Source: Spirochaetales bacterium (GTDB taxonomy: Bacteria > Spirochaetota > Spirochaetia > JABEVK01). Taken from it: DNA of 64,000 bases. The notes below the pieces were generated by a model. It did not search any database and was not told the origin of the DNA. It worked only from the letters and a program-made list of their open reading frames with translations. The stretch covers positions 51,418 to 115,417 of the forward strand of contig JBAXAI010000011.1 of assembly GCA_037142615.1 (NCBI GenBank), given 5' to 3'. The position numbers were made by a program, and so were the translations under genes. Shown piece after piece: positions 17,093 through 27,953 of this stretch (the stretch's first letter is position 1; each line of letters begins with the position of its first letter).

Positions 17093-19234
17093 GTATCCCC
17101 CACGAAGAACACCATCAAGATCACCGGTTCCCTCGTTGCCGCGCTACTGCTGATCCTTGCCGTTCTGGCGGTTTCGTTTGCGGCGTACAACCGGATCGTG
17201 CTCGAAGGGGTGGCGCGTGACCACACCAGTGCTGTCATCCACCTGGCCGACGATTGGCTGATGTCGCTCATCGACGCCGAAACCGGACAGCGGGGGTACG
17301 CCCTCACCGGGGCCGAGACCTTTCTGCAGCCTTACCTGGCAGTGAAAGACACCATTGCCGAAAAAACCGACAACCTGATCCGGTTGACACAGGATCCCGG
17401 GGCCAAGGACCTGCTCAAGACCCTGGCTCCGGTTGTGAACGAAAAAATGGCCGAACTGGCTTTCGTGGTTGAGCTTCGCCGGGCGGGCGATGCCAAGGCC
17501 GTCGCCGCACGCGTGTCCGAGGGTCAGGGCAAGCGGTTGATGGATCAAATCCGTTCGGGAATGGCCAGCTTCGCGGTGATCGAGCAGGACCTTCTGGCCA
17601 CTCACAACAAGGAGTTTGAGGCCGGAATGGGGACCTTGTTCCTGCTGATCGCGGGAACCAGCCTTTTGGCGCTGCTGTTTGCCTTTTCGTTCGCCTATTT
17701 TGTGCTCCGCGAAACACAGTTCCGGCTACGGACGTCGGCCTTGGCCGAGTCGGAACGTCAACTCACCGTGCAGGAAAACCTCACCGAGCAACTTTCGGTC
17801 ACCTTGCGTTCGATCGGCGACGCTGTGTTGACCACCGACGCCGAGGGCCGCGTCACGCTGCTCAATCCCCTCGCCGAAACGTTGACCGGCTGGAGCCAGG
17901 ACCAAGCCGTCGGTCGACAGGTCGACGATGTCTTTGTCATTATCAACCAGGACACGCGGCTGCCGGTGGCGATCCCCGTGCGGGAAGTCCTCGCCAAGGG
18001 AACCATCCAAGGGCTGGCAAACCACACCGTTCTGCTGGCCCGCAACGGCTCGGGAGAATGCCCCATCGCCGACAGTTGCGCCCCTATCCGCGACAGCCGA
18101 GGCGCGGTGATCGGCTCGGTGTTGGTGTTCCGCGATGTTTCCCGTGAGTACGCCGACCAACTGGCCCTGCGCAACAACGCGGCCATTATTCAGGCCATCC
18201 TCGACACGGTTCCCGACGGCATCCTGACCGTGGTGGCCGCCGACGGCCGCATCGTGACGGCCAACCCGGCGGCCCGCGCCATTTTCGGCTTCGGCGCGCG
18301 GGAAATGGAAGGCCTGGGCATGGCTCAGATTCTGCCCGGCCTCGACTGGGGGCGAACCAAGGAAGGTGCCAAGTTCCCGGTCGAAATGGCCACCAGCGAA
18401 ATGTGGCTCGACGGCGAGCTCCACCTGACCTGCATCGTGCGCGACATTTCGGCCCGGCGCGAAATCGAGTCGGGCCTCGAAAAAAGCCACGAAGAGCTGC
18501 GAGTGGTCTCGGCCGAGCTGAAGCGGGCCGCCGAGGCCAAGTCAACGTTTTTGGCGAACATGTCGCACGAACTGAGAACACCGCTCAACTCGATCAACGG
18601 GTTCTCGGAGGTGCTCTCGGACGAGACGTTTGGTCCGCTGAACCCCAAGCAGCGCAAGTACGTGGCCAACGTGCTCACCAGCGGCAAGCACCTACTGCTG
18701 CTGATCAATCAGATCCTCGATGTCGCCCGAATCGAGTCGGGAAAAATGACGTTGCAGCGCACGACGGTTTCGCTCAACAGTTTGCTGTCCGAAATCCTCG
18801 AACTGGTGTCCGACATGGTCGACAAGAAGGGCCTGCAGTTGTCGGTCGAAGGAATCGACGAACTTCCCGACCTCCACATTGATGAGCTGAAGATCAAGCA
18901 AGTGGTGTACAACCTGCTTTCCAACGCGGTCAAGTTCACCCCGAACGGCGGCAATATCGGTCTGCGGGCCAAAAAAACCGCTCGCAACGTCGAAGTGTTT
19001 GTATGGGACACCGGCGTAGGCATCGCCGACGAGAACATGGAGAAGATCTTCGAGGGGTTTTTCCGGGTCGATACGCCGTACTCGCGCGTGACCGAGGGCA
19101 CCGGGCTGGGCCTGCCGCTGTCGAGAAAGATGGTCGAACTGCACGGCGGCAAACTGACCGTCGAATCCCGAGGTCTGGGCTTGGGCACCTCGGTGAAGTT
19201 CACGCTGCCGTTCGAACCCGCTGAGAAATCCTGA
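17093..19234 (+). CDS. CHASE3-PAS histidine kinase (start codon uncertain)
   Basis: DAETGQRGY.LTG...FLQPY (CHASE3), two PAS regions, MSHELRTPL, NLLSNAVKFT, GTGLGL. The first TM helix is encoded upstream of the first GTG (17198). Confidence 0.85.
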   Translation, partial: VSPTKNTIKITGSLVAALLLILAVLAVSFAAYNRIVLEGVARDHTSAVIHLADDWLMSLIDAETGQRGYALTGAETFLQPYLAVKDTIAEKTDNLIRLTQDPGAKDLLKTLAPVVNEKMAELAFVVELRRAGDAKAVAARVSEGQGKRLMDQIRSGMASFAVIEQDLLATHNKEFEAGMGTLFLLIAGTSLLALLFAFSFAYFVLRETQFRLRTSALAESERQLTVQENLTEQLSVTLRSIGDAVLTTDAEGRVTLLNPLAETLTGWSQDQAVGRQVDDVFVIINQDTRLPVAIPVREVLAKGTIQGLANHTVLLARNGSGECPIADSCAPIRDSRGAVIGSVLVFRDVSREYADQLALRNNAAIIQAILDTVPDGILTVVAADGRIVTANPAARAIFGFGAREMEGLGMAQILPGLDWGRTKEGAKFPVEMATSEMWLDGELHLTCIVRDISARREIESGLEKSHEELRVVSAELKRAAEAKSTFLANMSHELRTPLNSINGFSEVLSDETFGPLNPKQRKYVANVLTSGKHLLLLINQILDVARIESGKMTLQRTTVSLNSLLSEILELVSDMVDKKGLQLSVEGIDELPDLHIDELKIKQVVYNLLSNAVKFTPNGGNIGLRAKKTARNVEVFVWDTGVGIADENMEKIFEGFFRVDTPYSRVTEGTGLGLPLSRKMVELHGGKLTVESRGLGLGTSVKFTLPFEPAEKS

Positions 19235-19235
19235 A

Positions 19236-19618
19236 ATGGCACGCCGGGTCGTCGTGGTCGATGACAACGCGAACAACCTCGAACTCGAGGTCGACCTGTT
19301 TGAAGTGGCAGGCTTCGAGGTTTTTGCGGCCATTGACGGCGAATCCGCACTCGAAATGGTCCAAAGGGAACTCCCCGACGTCGTCGTGCTCGATGTCCGG
19401 CTTCCGGGCCTGAGCGGCATCGAAGTGGCCACTGCCCTCCGGCTCGACGGCCGGACCCGGGGTATTCCGATTGTGTTTGTCACCGCTTCGGTGATGGCCG
19501 ACGGCCGCGACTTGATCGCGTCGATTGCCCGCTGCGGGTTCATCGGCAAACCGATCAACACCCGCACGTTTGTGGCCGAAGTCAGCGCCTATTTTCTGCA
19601 AAAGGAGGGGGGACAAGC

Positions 19619-19622
<4 letters not shown>
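19236..19622 (+). CDS. Single-domain response regulator
   Basis: VVDDN, VVLDVRLP, VTAS, KPI. Confidence 0.9.
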
Positions 19623-20778
<1,156 letters not shown>

Positions 20779-20782
<4 letters not shown>

Positions 20783-21156
20783 ACAAGACTGCGCTTGTCG
20801 TGGACGACAACCAGAACAACCTCCTGCTCGAAAAAGACTTGCTCGAAGTCGCCGGCTTCAAAGTGCTCGAGGCCACCACCGGGGAGTCCGGGATCGCCAT
20901 GGCCCGCCGCGAGCGCCCCGACCTGGTGATCATGGACGTGCGCCTGCCCGACATGCGGGGCTCGGTGGCGGCCAAGATTTTGCGGCAGGGCCCCTACCCG
21001 TACGAAGGCACCATCATCTTTGTCACGGCCTCGGTGCTTGCCGAAGGCCGTAAGGAGCTGGAGGACATCGTCAACACCGGGTTCATCGGCAAACCGATCA
21101 ATACGCGAACCTTTGCTCGGGAAGTCCTTCAGTACTGCGGCGGTCAGCTCTCATGA
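20779..21156 (+). CDS. Single-domain response regulator
   Basis: VVDDN, VIMDVRLP, VTAS, KPI. Confidence 0.9.
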
Positions 21157-22298
21157 AAGAACACCCGCTGATCCTCGTTGTCGATGACACCTCACAAAAC
21201 GTAGACCTGCTCGAGGCCCACCTGCTCCCCTTCGGCTACGAGGTGATCAAGGCCTCGAGCGGGGCGCAGGCGCTCGAAATCCTCGCCACCCAGGCCATCG
21301 ACCTCGTGCTCCTCGACGTCATGATGCCCGGCCTGGATGGGTTTCAGGTGACCAAGAAAATCCGGGTTCAGCCCAAGTTCCGACTGCTGCCCATCGTGCT
21401 GGTCACGGCCCTGCGCGACACCGACGACCGCGTGCTGGGCATCGAAGCCGGGTGCGACGATTTCATTTCCAAGCCGGTCGAAAAGGCAGAATTGCTGGCC
21501 CGTGTGAAAGCCCTGCTCGAGGTCAAATCGTACAACGACCTGATGAGCCGGTACCGCGAGGCGTTGGAAAGCGAGGTAGCCCAGCGCACCGCCGAGCTTT
21601 CGCAGGCCTTGGCCAAGGTGAAGGCCTCGAGCCTCGACACCATCATGCGCCTGACGCTGGCAGCCGAGTACCGCGACGGCGAGACCGGTGCCCACGTGCA
21701 GCGCATGAGCCGCTACGCGGTCGCGATTGCCCGGCAAATGGGCCTGGACGAAGTGGCGCTGGAACAGCTGCTCCATGCGGCCCCGATGCACGATTTGGGC
21801 AAAATCGGCGTGCCCGACGAGATTCTCCTCAAGGCGGGCCAACTCGACCCGCTGGAATGGGAGATCATGAAGAAGCACACCCTGATCGGTGCCAGCATCT
21901 TGGCGCAGGCCGAGACGGACTTTTTCCAGATGGTCGAGACGATCGCGCTGTGCCACCACGAAAAGTGGGACGGCAGTGGCTATCCGCAGGGCCTGAGCGG
22001 CACGCAGATCCCCCTGGTGGGCCGCATCATCGCGGTCGCCGACGTGTTCGACGCGCTCACCAGCCAACGGCCCTACAAGGCGGCCTTTTTGGTCGATGAG
22101 GCCTTGGCTATCATGCGCGACGGACGCGGTTCGCACTTCGATCCGCAGGTGTGCGACGCCTTCTTCGCCTGCCTCGACGAAATCCTCACGATCAAGTCGA
22201 ACTTCAGCATCAAGACCATGGCCACCGTGCGGGTCGCTGGACTCAAGGAATTGATCGAGCGCTACGCCGAGGGAAAGGCGCCCGACGCCCTACGGTAA
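21153..22298 (+). CDS. Receiver + HD-GYP cyclic-dinucleotide phosphodiesterase (RpfG-like)
   Basis: Receiver (VVDD, LLDVMMP); ETGAH, MHDLGK, HHEKWDGSGYP, DVFDAL...RPYK. Confidence 0.92.
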   Translation: MKEHPLILVVDDTSQNVDLLEAHLLPFGYEVIKASSGAQALEILATQAIDLVLLDVMMPGLDGFQVTKKIRVQPKFRLLPIVLVTALRDTDDRVLGIEAGCDDFISKPVEKAELLARVKALLEVKSYNDLMSRYREALESEVAQRTAELSQALAKVKASSLDTIMRLTLAAEYRDGETGAHVQRMSRYAVAIARQMGLDEVALEQLLHAAPMHDLGKIGVPDEILLKAGQLDPLEWEIMKKHTLIGASILAQAETDFFQMVETIALCHHEKWDGSGYPQGLSGTQIPLVGRIIAVADVFDALTSQRPYKAAFLVDEALAIMRDGRGSHFDPQVCDAFFACLDEILTIKSNFSIKTMATVRVAGLKELIERYAEGKAPDALR

Positions 22299-22375
22299 CG
22301 TGAACTCCCCAAGGGACTTTTCGTCCCCTGGGTTCCATTGCAGTTCACGCGGCTCAACCTTGCGTTGGCGGCTGG

Positions 22376-23737
22376 TTACAGGCCTTCGGTGGCCAATTCG
22401 ATGGCCACGCGCCGGTTCTTCCACCGGTTGGCGGGGTCGTCAAAGGGCGCCAGCGGCTCAAGGGCTCCCACACCTTGGGTCAACATGCCTGCACCCGAAA
22501 GGCCGAGGCCGACAAGGGCCTTGCGCACGGTTTCGGCACGGGCCAACGACAGCGGCAGCAAGGTCTCGCTCTGCTCGAAGGCCGCCTTGGCCGCGTCGTA
22601 ATACAGCACCTGGTTGGCGTGCCCGACAACCGTCACCGCTGTGCCGGGGGACTGCATCAAAAGGGCGGCCAACTGCGACAGCGAACTGTGGTTCAAGGCG
22701 TCCAGCTCGGGCGAAGTGGCTTCCAGATCGGCCGTGTTCGGGGCAAACCACACGGGCAAAGCCGCCAATAACTGACCGTCAAGACTCACGGTGACCTCCA
22801 GCGGATGCTGTTGCACGCTCGGCTCCGGCGTAATGACGACAACCTCAGTAACCGTCGGGGGAGCCTCGGTTCCGGGTGCCGTCTCGGCGACCACGACCGG
22901 TTCCGGGCCCACAATGGCGAGGCCGCCGACCAGCAGGCCTCGGTTTCCGTAGCGCGAAAACACTTCGGCCTGCAGACGATAAGTGGTTCCTGCCTCAAGC
23001 TGTGCGTTGTTCAGGGCGCGGCCGTCCCAGACCACCGTGTTTTGCCGGTGTTCTTCGCTGATAAAGTCACGGAACAGGCGTCCGTCAGGGTGCAAGACTC
23101 CCAGCCGCCAGGTGGCCCAGCCGGTGCCGCCCGAAACCACCTGCAACTGGATCGTAACCAGGAACTCGGGGTTCACCAAAATATTGGCTGACACCAGGCG
23201 AAACGGCTGCGGGGTCACGGTGATGGTTCCCGAGGGCGGCACAATGTCGACCCAGAACGCCGAGCTCGGCGCTGCGGTCGCCACTTGGCCCGAAAGGTCG
23301 GTCCACGAAAGTACGGCGTGGTAGCTGCCTTGCTCAACCAACTGTCCGGCATCGTCACGGCCGTTCCAGGCGACCCCTGGCGTAGCCTTTTCGCCGGCCA
23401 GGCTGCGAACAACCCTGCCACCGGCGTCGGCGAAGTCCAACTGCCAGCGGGAGACCTGCGAAGGCTCGCCCCAGCGGAAGCTCAAAAACAGTTCGTTACC
23501 GGGGGCCTGGGCCTTGGGCGAAAAGCCGTCGGTCAGAATCTCGACCCTGCTCTGGGCCGGTTCCTGAACGAGCGCGACGGGCTCTGGCAGTGCAACGGGA
23601 GTGGTCACGGGCTCCACGATCGGGGCGACGATGGCGACAGGTACGTCGGCAACGACGGGTGCCGGCGGGGCCGAACTCTGGCACGAGCCCAGTGCAACGA
23701 GAAGTACAAGCGCCCCAAAACGAAGGATGGTGTTCAT
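22376..23737 (-). CDS. Lipoprotein with FlgD-like Ig domains and C-terminal OmpA domain
   Basis: LGSC lipobox, Pro/Val linker, FSP and WNGRD/WDGR repeats, VGHAN, LSLARAETV, NRRV. Confidence 0.8.
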   Translation of the reverse strand: MNTILRFGALVLLVALGSCQSSAPPAPVVADVPVAIVAPIVEPVTTPVALPEPVALVQEPAQSRVEILTDGFSPKAQAPGNELFLSFRWGEPSQVSRWQLDFADAGGRVVRSLAGEKATPGVAWNGRDDAGQLVEQGSYHAVLSWTDLSGQVATAAPSSAFWVDIVPPSGTITVTPQPFRLVSANILVNPEFLVTIQLQVVSGGTGWATWRLGVLHPDGRLFRDFISEEHRQNTVVWDGRALNNAQLEAGTTYRLQAEVFSRYGNRGLLVGGLAIVGPEPVVVAETAPGTEAPPTVTEVVVITPEPSVQQHPLEVTVSLDGQLLAALPVWFAPNTADLEATSPELDALNHSSLSQLAALLMQSPGTAVTVVGHANQVLYYDAAKAAFEQSETLLPLSLARAETVRKALVGLGLSGAGMLTQGVGALEPLAPFDDPANRWKNRRVAIELATEGL

Positions 23738-23835
23738 GATGACCTCTTGAGACCAACATACATTCATTAGAAGAGTACGTCTAGTATTAATGAAGGCATT
23801 TATGATTTCTCTAGATATTTTCTAATTAGTCTTCC

Positions 23836-23864
23836 TTCACGAATCTTATAAAATGTGCTATGTT
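23836..23864 (+). promoter_or_regulatory. Candidate sigma70 promoter of the OmpR-type pair, in an AT-rich divergent region
   Basis: TTCACG-17-TATGTT with an extended -10 TG; SD GGAGG downstream. Confidence 0.45.
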
Positions 23865-23883
23865 GGGAAGTGGAGGGGCCAAC

Positions 23884-24573
23884 ATGCGAGTCCTTGTGGT
23901 AGAAGACGAAGCGGGAATCCGTGAGTTGCTGGTCCGAGGGCTGAGCGAGGACGCCCACGAGGTGACAACGGCGGTGACGGCCGAAAGCGCCATGGGCCTG
24001 GTGTCAGAACGCGCCTTTGAGGCGTACCTGCTCGACATCACGCTGCCGGGGCTCTCGGGCAACGAACTGTGCCGGTGGCTGCGCGATCAAGGTTGCAAAC
24101 AACCGATCTTGATGCTGACGGCACGATCCACCCTCGATGACAAATTGCTGGGTCTCGACTCCGGAGCCGACGACTACCTGACCAAGCCCTTCGAAATCGC
24201 CGAGGTGCGGGCCAGGCTCAAGGCGTTCCAGCGCAAGAGTCAGGGCTACCCCCGTTCGACGGTGACCGTTGCCGATCTGGTGCTCGATCCCAACCAGCGC
24301 ACGGCTGCCCGTGGCGGGGTCGACCTGGACCTTTCCAAAAAGGAGTTCCAACTGTTGGAGTACCTGGCTCGCAACCACGACCGGGTTGTCAGCCGCTCCA
24401 TGATCGCTCAGGCCGTTTGGAACTCCGAGACCAATTTGTACACCAACGTCATCGACGTCTTTGTCGCCTACCTGCGCAAGAAGGTCGACACCGACCAACA
24501 GCTCAAACTCATCCACACCGTGCGGGGCAAGGGCTTCGTGCTGTCGGAACAACAACCGGGAGCCAAGCCGTGA
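23884..24573 (+). CDS. OmpR-family response regulator
   Basis: VVEDE, LLDITLP, GADDYLTKPF, NVIDVFVAYLRKK, IHTVRGKG. Confidence 0.93.
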   Translation: MRVLVVEDEAGIRELLVRGLSEDAHEVTTAVTAESAMGLVSERAFEAYLLDITLPGLSGNELCRWLRDQGCKQPILMLTARSTLDDKLLGLDSGADDYLTKPFEIAEVRARLKAFQRKSQGYPRSTVTVADLVLDPNQRTAARGGVDLDLSKKEFQLLEYLARNHDRVVSRSMIAQAVWNSETNLYTNVIDVFVAYLRKKVDTDQQLKLIHTVRGKGFVLSEQQPGAKP

Positions 24574-25961
24574 GTTCGTGGCTCTCGATCACGGGCCGCC
24601 TCTATTTGGGCTTTTTGGTCCTGCTGATTCTGGCGCTGGGCATTCTCGGAACCGTTTCGGCCTTCTGGTTCTCGAGCCAGCAATCGGCCAGTCTTGACCA
24701 GTTTCTGGAAGCCGAGGCCCGGGGGGTCGCCGACCGGTTGGAAGTGTTTTCTAATCCTGCCGAACGTGAGCAGGTGCTGGCGGGCCTGGTAGAGCAAAGG
24801 CTCAACCGACCACGGCCCTACAAGACCACGCTGCTGCTGCTCGATCAAAACCACAACGTGCTCCTTCAGTCCAACAAGGCTCTCGACCTCGCAAGGCGGC
24901 TACCCGGCCTGCGCGCTGGCGAAAGTGTGCTCGAAGACGTGATGGACTCCGGTTCGCCTTACCGCGTCATCTCGGCCACTTACTCGCTGGGGGGCGGTCA
25001 GGTGGGGATGTTCCGCATCGCCTGCCTGCTTTCGAGCCTCGACGCCGCTCTGCTGAGTTTCTTTTCGAGCCTGGCCGTGGTCTTGGGCGGAAGTTTTTTG
25101 CTGCTGTCGGTGTTGGCGCTGGGCTTGCTGCGCCTCACCCTGGGACCGGTGAACGCCATGGCCCTCGCTGCCGGTTCCATTTCCGAGAAGGACCTTGGCG
25201 CCCGCCTTCCGGTGCCGCCGGGTCGTGACGAACTGGCCCGGCTCGCCACCACGTTCAACAGCCTGCTGGCCCGGCTCGAAGCCGACTACGCGTTTCAGGA
25301 ACGCCTGGTGAGCGAGCTGACACACCAGCTCAAGACGCCGTTGACCATCCTTCGCGGGCGCAACGAACTGGGTTTGACCACCCGCCGGGAACAGACCGAG
25401 CTCCGTGAACTGCTGGAAGATAACGTCGCCGACATCGATGCGGTGGTGAATCTGCTCAACACCCTGTTGGAACTGGCGCGCCTGGATAGCCGCATCGACC
25501 GGTTAGCCACGGCGCCTGTGGCCCTGCGGCCCTTCCTCGAGGAACTGAGTGACGAGATGACCCCCCTTTGGCTGGCCCGTAACCTGAACTTCTCGCTGCA
25601 AGGTGAAGACGTGGTCGTGGCCGCCGATCGCGAGGCGCTGAGGCAGGTGTTTCTCAACCTGTACGACAACGCCTGCAAGTTCGCCACACAAGGTGGTCGG
25701 CTCACCACGTCGTGGGCCCAAGTCGGCGCCGAGGTGACGATCGTCGTGACGAACGACGGCCCGTCGATTCCCGAGGCCGAGCTGGAACTGGTCTTTCGTC
25801 GCTTTTTCCGTTCGGGCACTGTGGATCAAGACCACCCGGGGTCGGGTTTGGGGCTGAGCATCGTGCGCAGTCTGGTGCACCTGCACGGGGGCAGCATCCG
25901 GGCCTACACCCCGGCGCAGGGTGGCGCGGCGTTTGAAATGCGCTGGCCGGTGGCGTCATGA
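24570..25961 (+). CDS. Membrane HAMP histidine kinase
   Basis: GTGA overlap with the regulator; two TM helices, HAMP (DELARLA..FN), HQLKTPL, NLYDNACKF, GSGLGLSI. Confidence 0.9.
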   Translation: MSSWLSITGRLYLGFLVLLILALGILGTVSAFWFSSQQSASLDQFLEAEARGVADRLEVFSNPAEREQVLAGLVEQRLNRPRPYKTTLLLLDQNHNVLLQSNKALDLARRLPGLRAGESVLEDVMDSGSPYRVISATYSLGGGQVGMFRIACLLSSLDAALLSFFSSLAVVLGGSFLLLSVLALGLLRLTLGPVNAMALAAGSISEKDLGARLPVPPGRDELARLATTFNSLLARLEADYAFQERLVSELTHQLKTPLTILRGRNELGLTTRREQTELRELLEDNVADIDAVVNLLNTLLELARLDSRIDRLATAPVALRPFLEELSDEMTPLWLARNLNFSLQGEDVVVAADREALRQVFLNLYDNACKFATQGGRLTTSWAQVGAEVTIVVTNDGPSIPEAELELVFRRFFRSGTVDQDHPGSGLGLSIVRSLVHLHGGSIRAYTPAQGGAAFEMRWPVAS

Positions 25962-26938
25962 TCGACAAACAGTTGCGCGTTTCCGGTTGGATCACCGACC
26001 TGATCATCAAGGCCAAGAGCGAGGCCAAGTACCTCGAAAGTGTGCGCAAAGCTAAGGGTGGCATGAAAATCTTGGCCGGTAAGCCGCTCAAGGGAGCCGA
26101 TTGCCGCGAGGTCCAGGTGCCCCGCAGCGGCGGTGACGGCTCGGGCGGGACCCTCCGCGCCCGCGTGTACCGGCCTTTGGTCGCGAACGGAGCGCCTCGG
26201 CCGGGCCCATTGCCCGCCCTAGTCTGGCTTCACGGGGGTGGCTACGCCATCGGAGTGCCCGAGCTCGACCACGCAATGCTCAAGCGGTTCTTGGTAACGA
26301 GCCCCTGCGTGGTGGTGGCACCCGACTACCGGCTATCGATCGACGCACCCTACCCCGCCGCGCTCGACGACGGCTACGACGCCCTGCTGTGGACCAAGGC
26401 CCACGCCACGGAACTCGGGGTAAGCACCGACCAGCTCTTTGTGGGCGGCAACAGCGCCGGGGGAGGCCTGACGGCGGCGCTCACGCTGCTCGCCCGCGAC
26501 CGGGGCGAAGTGAACGTCGCGTTCCAAATGCCGCTCTACCCCATGCTCGACGACCGGATGACCCACCCTTCGGCCGTGAACAACACTGCTCCCGTGTGGG
26601 ACTCGAAGCTTAACCTGTGGGCGTGGAAGCTCTACCTCGGCGACCGGTTCGGCGGTGAAGTACCCGCTTACGCGGCCGCAGCCCGGGCGACCGACTACCG
26701 CGGCTTGCCGCCGACAGCGACCTTTGTCGGCGATCAGGAACCCTTTCTCGACGAAACAGTCGAGTACGTGCGCCGACTGCGCGAGGCCGGGGTGAGCGTC
26801 GACTTCAAAGTGTACCCGGGCTGCTACCACGGTTTTGACGCCGTGGCACCCCAGGCCGACGTCAGCAAACGGGCGCTGGCCTTTCTGATGGGGGCGTACA
26901 AGCGCGCAACGGAAACCTGCTTCGCGGCGCAGCGGTAG
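25958..26938 (+). CDS. HSL-family alpha/beta hydrolase (esterase)
   Basis: HGGGY, DYRL, GNSAGG nucleophile elbow, YPMLDDR, HGF. Confidence 0.9.
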   Translation: MIDKQLRVSGWITDLIIKAKSEAKYLESVRKAKGGMKILAGKPLKGADCREVQVPRSGGDGSGGTLRARVYRPLVANGAPRPGPLPALVWLHGGGYAIGVPELDHAMLKRFLVTSPCVVVAPDYRLSIDAPYPAALDDGYDALLWTKAHATELGVSTDQLFVGGNSAGGGLTAALTLLARDRGEVNVAFQMPLYPMLDDRMTHPSAVNNTAPVWDSKLNLWAWKLYLGDRFGGEVPAYAAAARATDYRGLPPTATFVGDQEPFLDETVEYVRRLREAGVSVDFKVYPGCYHGFDAVAPQADVSKRALAFLMGAYKRATETCFAAQR

Positions 26939-26948
26939 TTCGCTACCC

Positions 26949-26983
26949 TTGCTCCCCCGGGCCTTGCCCTCTATCCTAGGGCC
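26949..26983 (+). promoter_or_regulatory. Candidate promoter for a leaderless rluA-like transcript
   Basis: TTGCTC-17-TATCCT-6 nt-GTG. Confidence 0.5.
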
Positions 26984-27889
26984 GTGGACCAATCTTCGCG
27001 CGTTCCCCAGCTGGCCCAGGGCCGATTGCTTCTCGATTACCTCGTCGACCGGTTCCCCTATTTCGACCGCGACGCGTGGGCAGTGCGGATCTCCGAAGGT
27101 CTCCTGGTGCTCGACGGGACGGTGGCCACCGCCACGCAGAAGCTTCACAAAGGCCAGATTCTGACCTATCGGATGCCCGACATTCAGGAGCCGCCGGCCG
27201 ACCTGCGGTGGTCGGTGGCTGCCGAAGACGACTGGTACCTGATCGCGAACAAACCCGGAAATCTTTTGGTGCACCGCAAGGGGCGTTCGTACACCTCGAA
27301 TCTGCTGTACCTGGTAAGAAACGCCGGCAACCCCAGTTGGGCCGCAGCCGACCCCGCGCACCGGCTCGACCGCGAGACCTCGGGCCTTGTGCTGTTCGCC
27401 AAGAACAAGCAGGCCCTGGCGGCCATCCTCAACTTGTTCCTGGCCCACCAGATCACCAAGGAATACGTGGCCGTGGTCGCGCCGGTTCCGGGAGCGCTGG
27501 TTCCCGCCGAGGGTGCTCAAGGGACGATCGACCTCCCTCTGGGGCGTACCGACGATCCGGTGAGGGGGCAGATTCAAGCCGTCGGCGTTCCTGGGGCCCG
27601 AGCCGCGCGAACCCACTGGGTTTGGGGGACCGAGGTGGCCCCCGGGCGCCATCAGGTGATCGTTCGGCTCGAAACCGGGCGAACCCACCAGATTCGGGTG
27701 CACCTGACCGAGCAGGGTTGGCCCTTGGTGGGCGACAAGCTCTACGGCGGTCCAACCGCTGCACGCCATGCGCTGCATGCCCGACTCCTGGCCTTTGAAC
27801 ACCCCTTCACGGGAATGGCGGTCAGCTACGAGGCGCCGCTGCCGGACGACTGGCGGGGGCTTTGGGACGAGCGACCGCTGGGCCGGTGA
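26984..27889 (+). CDS. RluA-family pseudouridine synthase
   Basis: NKPG.L.VH, HRLDRETSG, KEY.A, ETGRTHQIR, GDKLY, LHA. Confidence 0.92.
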   Translation: MDQSSRVPQLAQGRLLLDYLVDRFPYFDRDAWAVRISEGLLVLDGTVATATQKLHKGQILTYRMPDIQEPPADLRWSVAAEDDWYLIANKPGNLLVHRKGRSYTSNLLYLVRNAGNPSWAAADPAHRLDRETSGLVLFAKNKQALAAILNLFLAHQITKEYVAVVAPVPGALVPAEGAQGTIDLPLGRTDDPVRGQIQAVGVPGARAARTHWVWGTEVAPGRHQVIVRLETGRTHQIRVHLTEQGWPLVGDKLYGGPTAARHALHARLLAFEHPFTGMAVSYEAPLPDDWRGLWDERPLGR

Positions 27890-27919
27890 CCCGACGCTGG
27901 GGTATCTCGGCTGCCGAAC

Positions 27920-27953
27920 TTGTGGTCTGGGGAATCTGGCCCTATACTGAAGA
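27920..27953 (+). promoter_or_regulatory. Candidate promoter for a leaderless araC-family transcript
   Basis: TTGTGG-17-TATACT-5 nt-ATG. Confidence 0.55.

Noticed and set aside
23540-23680. Low-complexity Pro/Val/Ala stretch as a DNA repeat
   Set aside because: It is a protein linker after the lipobox with no exact nucleotide periodicity.
23738-23883. AT-rich gap as a small RNA or OmpR direct-repeat array
   Set aside because: Explained by divergent promoters; the TCAT repeats do not show a convincing 10-11 bp period.
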